From assembly GCA_049968755.1 (NCBI GenBank), contig JBMFQE010000007.1, forward strand, positions 22,498 to 86,497: a DNA stretch of 64,000 nt, read 5' to 3'. This document shows, piece after piece, positions 10,101 to 20,317 of this stretch (its first letter is position 1; every line of letters starts with the position of its first letter). Made by a program: the position numbers and the translations under genes. The DNA is from Bacteroidales bacterium (GTDB lineage Bacteria > Bacteroidota > Bacteroidia > Bacteroidales > DTGW01). The notes under the pieces were generated by a model. It worked only from the letters and a program-made list of their open reading frames with translations, ran no database searches and had not been told where the DNA came from.

Positions 10101-10230
10101 TAATGGGAATAACCTCTTTCTCTGGACAAAGATGCCCGACGACCGCGAGTCGAACCTTGGACAATGGGGTGCCATGGGGACCTATCCAACCGTTCGCCGT
10201 ATCAATTTAGGTCTAAAACTAACTCTCTAA
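7117..10230 (+). CDS. SusC/RagA-family TonB-dependent outer-membrane transporter (pair 1)
   Basis: 1037 aa. It has a carboxypeptidase-regulatory-like N-domain (VSGIVKDATGAPIVGATVVIKGT), a TonB-box/plug region (VVVGYGSQKKESVVGA) and a C-terminal beta-barrel ending in an aromatic-rich segment. A SusD gene follows immediately. Confidence 0.95.
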   Translation: MMKNNYYTTCAKRRLLLITAWLFLWMPAVLYAQKIKTVSGIVKDATGAPIVGATVVIKGTNIGTLTNQEGKFSISVPEGKGNTLVISFLGMERQEYDISEVSTIEAVLKETEVKLEDVIVVGYGSQKKESVVGAIAQTKGDVLVRTGGVTNVASTLTGNLPGVVTMQGTGKPGQEDPVILIRGQATWNNSRPLVLVDGIERSLDGLDINSIQSISVLKDASATAVFGVKGANGVILVTTKRGAEGKANISISSNVTMKAPSKLPNKYDAYDALKYRNIAIERELGLSPSSWDYVTPIPELNKYRNPANQEEAERYPNIDWQKESFKDYAFSHNNNISISGGTPFVKYYSALDIINEGDVIKVRENNKGYTPGYGYNRLNVRSNLDFNLTKTTTLSTNLAGIYANQKETWSDFEYTIWQNAYTTAPDVFPVQYSDGYWGYWLQDVQALNSLRIVSNTGIRNRKTTSLNTDFTLTQDLSMLLTGLNVKGTLAMDNQFVSVGGIYDDGSAYQKWISPDGQVFYKNTTGAIKYDYVLPQWSVRSDQMDNTLTARKLFYQMQLNYARKFNRHDFTAMGLFSRDKLATGSEFPHYREDWVFRVTYNFDARYFIEINGAYNGSEKFGPKYRFDFFPSAAIGWSIADEKIVKNNLDWINRLKVRASYGYIGNDDISNVGRWLYLSQWAAGGSSSLGLNNGTMSPYTWYREAVIGNPELHWEKVRKTNIGVDYGFFNSLIEGSIDFFNDYRTDILVAGSDRAIPSYFGGAAPVANLGKVKVNGFEWEIRISKTFPGGFRPYINFNMSHAIDKIIERNDPELLDDYQKQAGYSIGQFRSHVITDYYNTWNEVYGSTPVNTNDHQKLPGNYNLIDFNADGVINDYDVIPNGYPERPQNTYNTTIGFDYKGFSFMVQFYGVNNVTRYMSYGNFAVKTNILYNQGEFWSKENPNAPSFMPRWASVWDYYGNFYAYDGSYLRLKNAEIAYTIESKGIQRYGLKSMKIFLNGNNLFLWTKMPDDRESNLGQWGAMGTYPTVRRINLGLKLTL

Positions 10231-10243
10231 AAACATTTTAGAT

Positions 10244-12097
10244 ATGAAGACAATAAGTTTTGCAAAAATATTCCGCTTGAGTACATTGATCATTTTATTG
10301 GCGGTTTTGCCTGCCTGTGAGGAGTATCTCGATAAAGCTCCTGAAGCCGAAATATCTGATAAGGAGGTATTTGGAACTTTCCGGAGTTTCCAGGGTTTTG
10401 TCGAAGAGCTATACCATTGCATTCCCGATTATACCAAGGGGACGTGGGTTGACGACTGGAATATTGCCGACGAGTTACTGGCTACCACTGGAGCCAACTG
10501 GAGACTTACAGTAGCTTTCGATAATGGAGACTATTGGGCATGGCAGCATGGCAACGGATGGTCGCAAAGCTACATAGGTAATCCTGCCGATGGAGCCAAC
10601 ACCGATAACAACGCTCATACAAAAAATTTGTGGGACCTCTCGTGGTATGGTATCAGAAAGTGTAACATAGGTTTGCAGAATCTCGACAAGCTGGTGGCTG
10701 CTTCCGACGAAGAAAAACGGGCTATCAAGGGTCAGCTGTTGTTTTTCAGGGCATTTTTCCATTTCCAGATCATGAGCTTCTGGGGTGGTATACCCTATAT
10801 CGATAAGGATTTGGCGTCCGAGAAAATGAACCTTCCTCGATTGAGCTATCGTGAGGTTGCCCTGCGCGCTGCGCAGGATTTTGAGGAAGCAGCTCAATTA
10901 TTACCGGTCGACTGGGATAAATCGCCGGTAGGACAACGCACCCTTGGTAACAATTACCAGCGCATTACAAAGTCGGTGGCTCTGGCTTACCTGGGCAAAA
11001 ACTACCTGTATGCTGCCAGTCCGCTGATGAATCTGGTCTCGACCGGAAATGCCAGTTACGATGCCGAGTTATGTAAAAAGGCTGCAGAAGCCTTTTATCA
11101 ATGCCTTTACCTGTCTCATACAGGACAGGCCCCCTATAAACTTATCGAATGGGAACGATACGAGGAAAATTTTTACACACTTAATGATAAGTTGCCCGGT
11201 ATACCCGAGCATTTACTTGCAGCTCCCAATTATGGCGCAGCTCCTGATTGGTATTCTAACTTCTCCCTGTTTTTTCCTCCCGTATTGGGTGGCGATGGCA
11301 ACATGATTTCGCCTGCGCACAATTATGTCAAAAATTTTGGTATGGCCAATGGCCTTCCTATCGATGATCCCGAATCGGGTTACGATGAAAGCGATCCATG
11401 GTCGAATCGCGATCCGCGTTTCTATAAATTTATCGTTTACGATGGAGTTCAGGTTGTGAAAGGTGGAACAAGCGCTAACGATAATGTGCGCTATGCTAAC
11501 CTATATAACGGCGGAAATTATCGCGATGATGGTACAGGCAGCCGTAGTGGCTATTTACTCCGCAAGTTTATGAACCTTACCAATAATAACATCGACGCCG
11601 AAGGACGTAATATAATTGTGTTACCAGCATACCTAAGGCTTGCCGATGTTTATTACATGTATGCCGAAGCCGTGTTACATGGCTATGGTACTCCACAAAG
11701 CTCATACCCCGGTAATCCCGATTATGTGCTTACGGCTGCCGATGCTGTAAATACCGTGAGGGCCCGTGCAGGCGTACCCAATGTCCACGAAAAATATCTT
11801 GCCTCAAAGGAAGCTTTTATGCAGGAACTCATCCGCGAAAGAGCTGTTGAACTCTGCTACGAGGCCAACATACGATTTATGGACCTTCGTCGCTGGCTAT
11901 TGGCCGAAGATATGAAATACCGCATAAAAACGGCTATCGATTTCGATCGCTCTGGTACTCCGCCTGATACAAAGCCTATTAACATGCGTGAACGTACCGT
12001 TGTGGTCAGGGTTGTGGAAAAGAAACACTACTGGTTGCCTTTCCCCACCAGAGATGTTAACCTGTATCCCGAATTTCCCCAAAATCCTGGCTGGTAA
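10244..12097 (+). CDS. SusD/RagB-family glycan-binding lipoprotein (pair 1)
   Basis: 617 aa. Lipobox LPAC is followed by acidic EEYLD. SusD-like TPR core motifs include YLLRKF, LAEAVLHG-like YMYAEAVLHG and IRERAVELCYEANIRFMDLRRW. Confidence 0.95.
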   Translation: MKTISFAKIFRLSTLIILLAVLPACEEYLDKAPEAEISDKEVFGTFRSFQGFVEELYHCIPDYTKGTWVDDWNIADELLATTGANWRLTVAFDNGDYWAWQHGNGWSQSYIGNPADGANTDNNAHTKNLWDLSWYGIRKCNIGLQNLDKLVAASDEEKRAIKGQLLFFRAFFHFQIMSFWGGIPYIDKDLASEKMNLPRLSYREVALRAAQDFEEAAQLLPVDWDKSPVGQRTLGNNYQRITKSVALAYLGKNYLYAASPLMNLVSTGNASYDAELCKKAAEAFYQCLYLSHTGQAPYKLIEWERYEENFYTLNDKLPGIPEHLLAAPNYGAAPDWYSNFSLFFPPVLGGDGNMISPAHNYVKNFGMANGLPIDDPESGYDESDPWSNRDPRFYKFIVYDGVQVVKGGTSANDNVRYANLYNGGNYRDDGTGSRSGYLLRKFMNLTNNNIDAEGRNIIVLPAYLRLADVYYMYAEAVLHGYGTPQSSYPGNPDYVLTAADAVNTVRARAGVPNVHEKYLASKEAFMQELIRERAVELCYEANIRFMDLRRWLLAEDMKYRIKTAIDFDRSGTPPDTKPINMRERTVVVRVVEKKHYWLPFPTRDVNLYPEFPQNPGW

Positions 12098-12125
12098 TAA
12101 TTTTCTAACTTAAAAATTAAGGATC

Positions 12126-15101
12126 ATGAGAAAATATAGAATACCCTATCTGGTTTTATATCTGCTGTCACTATTCATATTACAGGCTAACGGGCAGAAT
12201 TTGACCATCAATTCGAGAGTTACCACTTCGGATGGAAAGCCTATTGCAAACGCATTTATTACCAACGAAAATGGAAAAGTTTTGGCTGTAACGGATACAG
12301 CTGGCAGATTCGTTCTTTTAGAGGTTGCCGACACTATTTCATTGTATGTTTCGGCCGATGGCTTTCAGGCAGTAATGCTTAAGCCTAAAGATGCTCTGAA
12401 TGATATTGTACTCGAATACGACCTTAGTAAACAAAAAGCTAATGTTGCATATCGAAATATCTTTAAAAAGGACATAGGTACTGATATATCCGTGATCGAC
12501 CTAAAAAGTGTCAACGATATTGACAACAACTTTAGCATTACAGATGCTATAAATGGACGCACCAGTGGACTTTTATGGTATAACAATATCTGGGGAATGC
12601 AGAATGCACAGGTATTTATCGATGGTGTGCCGCGCGATATCAACTCTATTACTGCAGATGAAATAGACCATGTTACCCTTTTAAAAGGAGCACATGCGGT
12701 GGCATTATACGGTAGTATCGGAGCTAAAGGTGTTATCCTGATTACCACTAAAAGAGGGGAACAGTACAAGCGAAAAATCGATGTGAGGGTAAATAACAAA
12801 TTTGGTGTACCTCGCATGTATCCTTCTTTCCTGAATTCAGCCGACTACATGACCCTTTATAACGAGGCGCGCATCAATGACGGATTACCCAAGCTTTATG
12901 GCGATACCTTAATAAACAATTACCGTACCGGTAATCGTTATCAGTACCCCGACATAGATTATTATTCACGCGATTACCTGCGTTCTATGGCTAATCGCAC
13001 CGAAGCCAGTGCTCGGTTTAGCGGTGGAAACCAGAATGCTCGCTTCTTTACCAATATTGGCTATGTTCGCAGCACGTCTTTACTCAATATCGGAGAAGGC
13101 AAAAATGAAAATGATCAAGCCTTCAGGGCAAGGGGGAATGTCGATTTAAATCTTAATGATTTTATTTCCAGTACCATTGACGTGGCTACTATTTTCTCCA
13201 ATAGGCGTTCGGCTTTGACAAATTACTGGCAAAGTGCTGCAACCATTTTGCCGTTTAAATATGCGCCACTTATCCCATTAAGTCTTATTCGCAACGATTC
13301 GTTGATTGAGGTGGCAAATTCCAGCCGAAATATTATTGATGGGAAATATTTACTCGGTGGTTCACAGGAATATCTCAATACCCCTTTTGCCGACCTGTAC
13401 GCAGGGGGATATAACAATAATGTTCAGCGGGTTTTACAGGTAACCAATAAGTTGCATTTTGATTTAAGTGGGTTGGCAGAGGGGTTAAGCTTCACTACAA
13501 ATATTCATGCCGACTATCAAAATGCCTATAATCAGTCAATCAACAATAATTATGCAGTATTTAGCCCCGTGTGGCGAAACGATAGTCTGGTTGATCTTAT
13601 AAAATATGGTAACGATTATCGACCTGGCGTTGAAAATATTAATAACTCCTACCAGACAAGAAATATTGGTGCCTCGGCACAGGTAAATTACGATAAGCAG
13701 TTAAACGACCTACACAGCCTATCTCTTATGGCAGTGGCTTCAGCTATTAAGATTCAGTCGACAGGGATCTATCAGCCCAATAAGTATGCACATCTGGGTG
13801 TACAGGCTAATTACTGGTTTAAGCAAAAATATGGCATCGACCTAACGGGCGTTTGGGTAAATTCTACAAAACTACCAAAGGAAAACAAAATAGGCTTCTC
13901 GCCTTCTTTCGGCTTTACATGGCAGCTTAGAAATGAGGATTTTATTAAAAACTTAATCTTTGTCGATTATCTGAAGGCTTATGCTTCCCTGAGCATGCTT
14001 AAAACAGATTTAGATATTACCGATTATTTTCTTTATGAAAATTATTACAGCTCTCAAGGATATTATGCCTGGAACGATAATCTCAACAATACCAATAATT
14101 CTGCTACGGTTTCTCTGCGAGGAACTAATCCCGATCTTACTTTTCCAACACGAAAAGAATTTACGCTCGGTCTTGAAGGGAGTATTCTCAAGCAAATCGC
14201 TTTTTGTGGTAATTATTTTATTATTCGAAATGATGGGCTGCTTACCAAGCGTTTGAGCTTGTATCCGGGCTTTCTCTCCGACTTTGTCCCCTATGCCAAT
14301 TACAATGCTAATCAGTATACAGGTTTTGACCTATCATTGACTTTCAATAAAACTTTAAGCGAAGCTGCTAAGTTTTCCGTCGGTTTCAACAGCACCTATG
14401 TGACTTCTAAGGTTATCAAGCGGGATGAGTTGTATGCCTACAATTACCTCAATCGCACGGGGAAGCCTGTGGATGCTATTTTTGGCTTGCAAAATGCCGG
14501 GTTCTTTAGCAGCACTGAAGATATCAAAAATAGTCCTTATCAACTTTTTGGAGAGGTAAGGCCCGGCGATATTAAATACGTCGATCAAAATGGGGACAAC
14601 ATCATCGACCAGAATGATGAGGTGATGATAGGTCGCTGGATTTCGCCCTATGTTTTTGGCCTGAATGTTACCTTTTCCTATAAAAATATAACATTATTTG
14701 TGATGACAACCGGCTCAATGGGTGGTTATGGGGTGAAGTCCAACGATTACTTTTGGGTGGATGGTGATGATAAATATTCAACGGTGGTGCTCAACCGCTG
14801 GACAGAGCAAACCAAAAATACTGCAACTTTCCCTCGTCTAAGCTCTTTACGCAATGAAAACAACTTCAGATATTCCGACTTCTGGCTGTACAAAACCGAT
14901 AGGTTGGATATAAGCAGGGCTCAACTCACTTATACTTTGGGTAAAAACACTTTCCGTCAGGGTTATCTAAAGGAACTGCAGATTTATATCGGCGGTGCCA
15001 ACCTGCTTACCTTATCCAAAAGTAAAGAAATTTTATTGCTCAATGTATATGATGCTCCCCAGATGACCTATTATACGCTGGGGATAAAGGGTAATTTTTA
15101 A
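12126..15101 (+). CDS. SusC/RagA-family TonB-dependent transporter (pair 2)
   Basis: 991 aa. It has a signal peptide, a plug domain (VTLLKGAHAVALYGSIGAKGVILITTKRG) and a long beta-barrel. A second SusD follows. Confidence 0.9.
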   Translation: MRKYRIPYLVLYLLSLFILQANGQNLTINSRVTTSDGKPIANAFITNENGKVLAVTDTAGRFVLLEVADTISLYVSADGFQAVMLKPKDALNDIVLEYDLSKQKANVAYRNIFKKDIGTDISVIDLKSVNDIDNNFSITDAINGRTSGLLWYNNIWGMQNAQVFIDGVPRDINSITADEIDHVTLLKGAHAVALYGSIGAKGVILITTKRGEQYKRKIDVRVNNKFGVPRMYPSFLNSADYMTLYNEARINDGLPKLYGDTLINNYRTGNRYQYPDIDYYSRDYLRSMANRTEASARFSGGNQNARFFTNIGYVRSTSLLNIGEGKNENDQAFRARGNVDLNLNDFISSTIDVATIFSNRRSALTNYWQSAATILPFKYAPLIPLSLIRNDSLIEVANSSRNIIDGKYLLGGSQEYLNTPFADLYAGGYNNNVQRVLQVTNKLHFDLSGLAEGLSFTTNIHADYQNAYNQSINNNYAVFSPVWRNDSLVDLIKYGNDYRPGVENINNSYQTRNIGASAQVNYDKQLNDLHSLSLMAVASAIKIQSTGIYQPNKYAHLGVQANYWFKQKYGIDLTGVWVNSTKLPKENKIGFSPSFGFTWQLRNEDFIKNLIFVDYLKAYASLSMLKTDLDITDYFLYENYYSSQGYYAWNDNLNNTNNSATVSLRGTNPDLTFPTRKEFTLGLEGSILKQIAFCGNYFIIRNDGLLTKRLSLYPGFLSDFVPYANYNANQYTGFDLSLTFNKTLSEAAKFSVGFNSTYVTSKVIKRDELYAYNYLNRTGKPVDAIFGLQNAGFFSSTEDIKNSPYQLFGEVRPGDIKYVDQNGDNIIDQNDEVMIGRWISPYVFGLNVTFSYKNITLFVMTTGSMGGYGVKSNDYFWVDGDDKYSTVVLNRWTEQTKNTATFPRLSSLRNENNFRYSDFWLYKTDRLDISRAQLTYTLGKNTFRQGYLKELQIYIGGANLLTLSKSKEILLLNVYDAPQMTYYTLGIKGNF

Positions 15102-15119
15102 CATTAAAATCGTAAGTTT

Positions 15120-16967
15120 ATGAAACATATATATTCATTTGTAAAGGGCATAGGCTACAATGGCTTGAGCCGCTTTTTTCCAGAAATAAGTAATATATTG
15201 TTCGGCAACTGGCTGAAGCAACTTTTGGTAGTCAGACGAAATTTGCTGCTATGCTTACTTTTGCTTGTGTTGACTACCGGTTGTGAAGACATACTTAGTC
15301 CCGACCTTGAGAATCACCGCACCTTTGAAGATGTATATACCGATGCTTATTTTGCCGAGGGGCTATTAATGAATGCATACGCCCGTTTGCCTTATAATAA
15401 TCCATTTTATTCCGACGTAGCTACCGATAATGCGGTGATAAACGATAAGTTCAGCAATTACCGCAATATGGCTACGGGTCAATGGTCGGCTATGTTTAAC
15501 CCCATGTCGCAATGGACCAATGCTTACACGGCTATAAACTATTTGAATTTGGTGCTGGAGCATACCGATTCCATACGTTGGTCGAAGAACGACACGCTCA
15601 GGTTTCTTTTTGCACAACGTCACAGGGGAGAGGCTTATGCATTGAGAGCATTGTTTTTGTACTACCTGTTACAGGCTCATGCTGGCTACGTGGGTACCCA
15701 GCTGTTGGGGGTTCCAATCATTACAAAGTTTGTTGATGCGCAAAGTTATAACCGTTTGACACGTAGTTCTTTTGACGATTGCATCAATCAGATTTATAGC
15801 GACCTCAATGAAGCCGAAAAATATTTACCCCTCGATAATAAAACCCTTACGGATATTTCGGCTATCCCATCACAATATGCATTTGCAGGTCTGGAAAAAT
15901 ATAATACGGTCTTTGGGGATATCAACCGGCAGCGCATGTCGGGAAGGATTGTTAAGGCCATCCGCGCAAAGGCTGCCCTGTTAAAGGCTAGCCCAGCTTT
16001 CGAGGGTACACAGACCGATTGGGAAAATGCTGCCCGTTACGCTGCTGAACTTATTCAACTCCTTGGCGGTGTGGACAAACTCGATCCGAAAGGTAGTTTC
16101 TACTTTCAGGCAAACAATGTGAATGCAATTAACCTGACCATCCGCAAAGATCAACCCGAAATGCTCTGGCGTGGTAGTCTGTATAATTCGTTCGATATCG
16201 AGCTTACCAACTTCCCTCCATCGTTGTACGGAAACGGACGCGTGAACCCTTCACAGAATCTGGTCGATGCTTTTCCCATGGCCAATGGATATCCTATCGA
16301 TCATCCCAATAGTGGCTACGATCCCAACAATCCCTACCAGAATCGCGACCCGCGGTTGAAAGAATACATTGTGGTGAACGGAAGCACGCTTGCCGGAAAA
16401 ACAATTTTTACAGCAGCAGATGCAAATACAGACGATGCTATTGACAAAATTCGTACCTCAACCCGTACGGGCTACTATCTAAAAAAATTGCTGCGCGAGG
16501 ACGTCAACCTCGATCCAACCTCCCGGCAGCCAAAGCTACACTATAACCCCTACATCAGATATACCGAAGTGTTCCTGATTTTTGCAGAAGCTGCTAACGA
16601 AGCCTGGGGCCCCGACGGCGATGGAGGTTACGGATTCACGGCCCGTATGGTGGTGGGTGAAATTCGTAAAAGAGCAGGAATTGCTCAGCCCGACGAATAC
16701 CTTGCTTCAATTGGTTCTAAGGAAGAAATGCGTGCGCTTATTCGCAATGAACGTCGTATAGAGCTATGTTTCGAAGGTCATCGCTTCTGGGATATCCGAC
16801 GCTGGAAAGAAAACCTGTCTACTCCTGTTAAAGGTATCCGATTCTTGAATAATTCTTATTCGATTGAAACCGTCGAAAACAGAGTGTTCCAGGATTACAT
16901 GTATTACGGCCCAATCCCTTACGATGAAGTGATCAAGAATAACTTGCAGCAAAACAACGGTTGGTAA
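15120..16967 (+). CDS. SusD/RagB-family lipoprotein (pair 2)
   Basis: 615 aa. The lipobox LTTGC followed by EDIL sits ~55 aa into the ORF, so the true start may be downstream or non-ATG. The C-terminal IRNERRIELCFEGHRFWDIRRW motif is typical of the SusD family. Confidence 0.9.
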   Translation: MKHIYSFVKGIGYNGLSRFFPEISNILFGNWLKQLLVVRRNLLLCLLLLVLTTGCEDILSPDLENHRTFEDVYTDAYFAEGLLMNAYARLPYNNPFYSDVATDNAVINDKFSNYRNMATGQWSAMFNPMSQWTNAYTAINYLNLVLEHTDSIRWSKNDTLRFLFAQRHRGEAYALRALFLYYLLQAHAGYVGTQLLGVPIITKFVDAQSYNRLTRSSFDDCINQIYSDLNEAEKYLPLDNKTLTDISAIPSQYAFAGLEKYNTVFGDINRQRMSGRIVKAIRAKAALLKASPAFEGTQTDWENAARYAAELIQLLGGVDKLDPKGSFYFQANNVNAINLTIRKDQPEMLWRGSLYNSFDIELTNFPPSLYGNGRVNPSQNLVDAFPMANGYPIDHPNSGYDPNNPYQNRDPRLKEYIVVNGSTLAGKTIFTAADANTDDAIDKIRTSTRTGYYLKKLLREDVNLDPTSRQPKLHYNPYIRYTEVFLIFAEAANEAWGPDGDGGYGFTARMVVGEIRKRAGIAQPDEYLASIGSKEEMRALIRNERRIELCFEGHRFWDIRRWKENLSTPVKGIRFLNNSYSIETVENRVFQDYMYYGPIPYDEVIKNNLQQNNGW

Positions 16968-16999
16968 ATTTTATGGATAAAAATTTAAACTTTTTAAGT

Positions 17000-18043
17000 A
17001 TGAAAAGAATAGGGTTCATCATCATAATGCTGGCATCTGCATTTTATGCCTGTGAAAATGAAAAATGGGAATTCCCCGATTATAAATATACGGCCGTTTA
17101 TTTTTCTTATCAGACACCAGTCAAAACACTTGTATTGGGTGATGATGAAATGTATGACAATTCCAAGGACAACGAACATGTTATACAAATCTTTGCTACG
17201 CTGGGAGGTGTTTACGAAAACAAACAGGATAGAATCATTCAGGTCGAAATCGATAATGCATTGTGCGATAGCCTTTATTTCGATAGTGAAACGGGTAGCC
17301 CCGTATTGCCTCTTCCTGCAAGCTATTATGAGTTACCCTCCAAAATGCAAATCGTTATTCCCCGGGGAAAGTTCATGGGTGCCATTGAATTTAAGCTTAC
17401 CGATGCCTTTTTCCAGGATTCGCTGGCTTTAAAAAAATCTTACGTTTTGCCGCTTGTGATGAAGTCGGTCGTTGGGGCCGACTCAATTCTCAGGGGTAAA
17501 TCCGAAAAAAGCAATCCCGACCGTCGTGTTGCTGGCGACTGGATTACAGCACCTAAGGATTATATCCTGTATGCAGTGAAATATATTAATCCTTGGCATG
17601 CTTTTTACCTGCGAAGGGGCAGAACTCACATCAAAGGAAAAGATGGATTTTCGAATATAGATACATCCCTTGTGTATCGTGCAAAATATGTGGAGAAAGA
17701 CGAGGTGTGTCAGGCAGTGTCCAATTCATATAACACGGTTTCCCTTGATCTTAAAACTAAAGCTATCGATGGTAATACCGATTTACCCTTTACTATTAAA
17801 CTGAACTTTAATGAGAATAATGAATGTGTGGTCAATCATCCGGCTAATGCTACCTATACTGTTGTGGGGACAGGAAAATTTGTAAAGGATGGTGATGAAT
17901 GGGGTGGAATCAAACGAAATGTGCTGTATCTTAATTACACCGTAGAGTTTGCCAACGCTACCTATTCGTTTACCGATACGCTTGTGGTAAGGGATAGGGG
18001 GATAAAATTCGAAACCTTTTCGGCTGTAGTTAAAAACCAATAG
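17000..18043 (+). CDS. Putative surface glycan-binding lipoprotein (occupies the xusE-like position after the second SusD)
   Basis: The start was moved to the internal ATG that gives MKRIGFIIIMLASAFYAC plus an acidic ENE lipoprotein signal. The call rests on position in the locus and a beta-rich composition. The domain family was not verified. Confidence 0.55.
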   Translation: MKRIGFIIIMLASAFYACENEKWEFPDYKYTAVYFSYQTPVKTLVLGDDEMYDNSKDNEHVIQIFATLGGVYENKQDRIIQVEIDNALCDSLYFDSETGSPVLPLPASYYELPSKMQIVIPRGKFMGAIEFKLTDAFFQDSLALKKSYVLPLVMKSVVGADSILRGKSEKSNPDRRVAGDWITAPKDYILYAVKYINPWHAFYLRRGRTHIKGKDGFSNIDTSLVYRAKYVEKDEVCQAVSNSYNTVSLDLKTKAIDGNTDLPFTIKLNFNENNECVVNHPANATYTVVGTGKFVKDGDEWGGIKRNVLYLNYTVEFANATYSFTDTLVVRDRGIKFETFSAVVKNQ

Positions 18044-18489
18044 TATGTTCTTTTTTGTGTTAAAGAAGCTATGTAGTTTTTGTTCTCCTATACATTGGTG
18101 TTTTGGTTAGTACTTAGGCAAGGACATCGGGGTCAGCGAGGCAATACTTACCCTATAAAAAAGTTATGCGGTTACAAATGCTTAGCATGCTCAGGAGTGG
18201 ATAGTACCAACTTTACATTGGTGGTGCAAGGGTTATCGGTGTCTAATCTCAAAAGTGCATGGGTGCAATAATCTATGCGCATTTAGGTTACTGTAAATGA
18301 TCAGCGGAAACAATATTGATACATTTACTCGCGCCCCCATGTCCTTTTATGCCAATTGCCATTAACTATAGTCCAAAAGTAAAAAGGGAAATAATATGCA
18401 CGAAGTATACGAAAAAAAGAATAATTCATGCCTTTTGCCATGCTTTTCATGGGGTAACTTTAAAAAGCTAAATTTTTAAATTAATTTTT

Positions 18490-20244
18490 ATGGGAAAGAA
18501 TAAAGAAAATGTCTTATTTGAGTGGTTAAGCAAAAAATTTTTTGCTGTTGTGGGAATAGTATTGACAGGGTTGATACCGTTTACTGTCTGGGGTCAGCCA
18601 TCGGGTAAATTAAAAGCATCCAATGCTCCCCTTATTATCAAAGTGGTGTATCAAGGCGATGATCGGGTATATCGCGACAATCCCCTGAAAGATGACGAAT
18701 TTTACAATCCTATTTTACAGGGTTGCTATCCCGATCCAAGTATTTGTAAGCGTGGAGATGATTACTTTCTTGTTACATCGTCTTTTGCATTTAACCCAGG
18801 AGTACCCATTTTCCATTCCAAAGACTTGGTCAACTGGAAACAGATTGGACACGTACTGGAACGGCCCTCGCAGTTGAAAGTGGAAAATACTGGCATGGCC
18901 GCCGGTGTGTACGCTCCTACGATTCGTTACAATCCGCACAATGAAACTTTTTACATGATTACCACCCAATTTGCCGGCGACTTTGGAAATATTGTGGTAA
19001 AGACCAAAGATCCTTTCAAAGGCTGGAGCGACCCTATAAAACTGAAATTCGATGGAATAGACCCTTCTTTATTCTTTGATGATGATGGAAAAGCTTATGT
19101 AGTACACAACGATGCACCCGAAAAAGCTTTGTACGATGGGCACCGTGTAATTAAAATATGGGAATACGATGTTCAAAACGATCAGGTGATAACCGGAACG
19201 GATAGGGTAATCGTCGATGGTGGGGTGGATATTACCAAAAAACCCATCTGGATTGAGGCCCCTCATATTTATAAGCGTTATGGTAAATACTACCTGATGT
19301 GTGCCGAGGGTGGCACGGGCGGATGGCACAGTGAGGTGATTTTTAAGTCCGATCATCCCATGGGACCTTACAAACCTGCCGAAAACAATCCCATCCTTAC
19401 ACAGCGTTATCTTTTCCCGCATAGATCCAACAAAGTCGATTGGGCCGGACATGCCGACCTGGTGGAAGGTCCCGATGGCCGGCTATATGGCGTATTTCTG
19501 GCTGTGCGCCCCAATGAAAAAGATAGAGTTAACACTGGCCGCGAAACATTCATCCTGCCTGTCGATTGGTCGGGAGAGTATCCTGTCTTTATCAACGGGC
19601 TGATTCCTTTGGAACCTAAACTGAAGCTCCCTAAAGGCGTGGTAAATATGACTGGTAAGGATGGTTTCTTACCGAATGGTAACTTTACTATTGTTGAAAA
19701 TTTTTCTGCCCCCTCCCTCGATTATCGCTGGATTGGCGTACGCGGACCAAGGGAGAATTTTATTGCAAAAACAAAAAATGGCATACAAATAAAGCCTTTT
19801 CCGGTAAATATCAGCGAGGTGAAGCCTACTTCAACTCTTTTCCTCAGGCAAATGCACAACAGCTTCTCGTTTACTGTAAGCATGCACTACACACCCATGT
19901 CCGAAAATGATCTGGCTGGTATTGTCTGCTATCAGAACGAAAAGTTCCATTATGTGTTTGGCATCACTAAAAAGGATAAGGCTTATTATCTGGTATTGCA
20001 ACGTACCGAAAAAGGCCAATCAACTCTTGTGGCCAGTAAATCCATCGAGCTGAAGGGTATTGTTCATCTTCAGGTAACCGCTAAAGGCGATGATTATCAG
20101 TTTGGTTATTCATTAAACGGAACCGACTTTGAGAATGTGGGTGAAACTGTCTCGGGCGATATCCTTTCAACTAACGTAGCTGGCGGATTTACAGGTGCAT
20201 TAATAGGTATCCATGCAACCACAGCAAATGATATTAAACCTTAA
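18490..20244 (+). CDS. GH43 beta-xylosidase/alpha-L-arabinofuranosidase (XynB/Xsa-like) with C-terminal beta-sandwich domain
   Basis: 584 aa. NPILQGCYPDPSICKRGDDYFLVTSSFAFNPGVPIFHSKDLVNW and IEAPHIYKRYGKYYLMCAEGGTG are classic GH43 propeller motifs. The C-terminal ~200 aa is a concanavalin-like domain. Confidence 0.9.
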   Translation: MGKNKENVLFEWLSKKFFAVVGIVLTGLIPFTVWGQPSGKLKASNAPLIIKVVYQGDDRVYRDNPLKDDEFYNPILQGCYPDPSICKRGDDYFLVTSSFAFNPGVPIFHSKDLVNWKQIGHVLERPSQLKVENTGMAAGVYAPTIRYNPHNETFYMITTQFAGDFGNIVVKTKDPFKGWSDPIKLKFDGIDPSLFFDDDGKAYVVHNDAPEKALYDGHRVIKIWEYDVQNDQVITGTDRVIVDGGVDITKKPIWIEAPHIYKRYGKYYLMCAEGGTGGWHSEVIFKSDHPMGPYKPAENNPILTQRYLFPHRSNKVDWAGHADLVEGPDGRLYGVFLAVRPNEKDRVNTGRETFILPVDWSGEYPVFINGLIPLEPKLKLPKGVVNMTGKDGFLPNGNFTIVENFSAPSLDYRWIGVRGPRENFIAKTKNGIQIKPFPVNISEVKPTSTLFLRQMHNSFSFTVSMHYTPMSENDLAGIVCYQNEKFHYVFGITKKDKAYYLVLQRTEKGQSTLVASKSIELKGIVHLQVTAKGDDYQFGYSLNGTDFENVGETVSGDILSTNVAGGFTGALIGIHATTANDIKP

Positions 20245-20317
20245 CTAATATAGCTAGGCATGAGAGAGGATATGTGTCAATGCCTAATGGGAAAGTGTTA
20301 GACAGAATTTTGATTTA

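Noticed and set aside
18080-18271. 63-aa ORF in the gap after the xusE-like gene.
   Set aside because: It has a non-ATG start, no signal peptide or motif, and atypical composition. It is treated as non-coding; the gap itself is listed as a finding.
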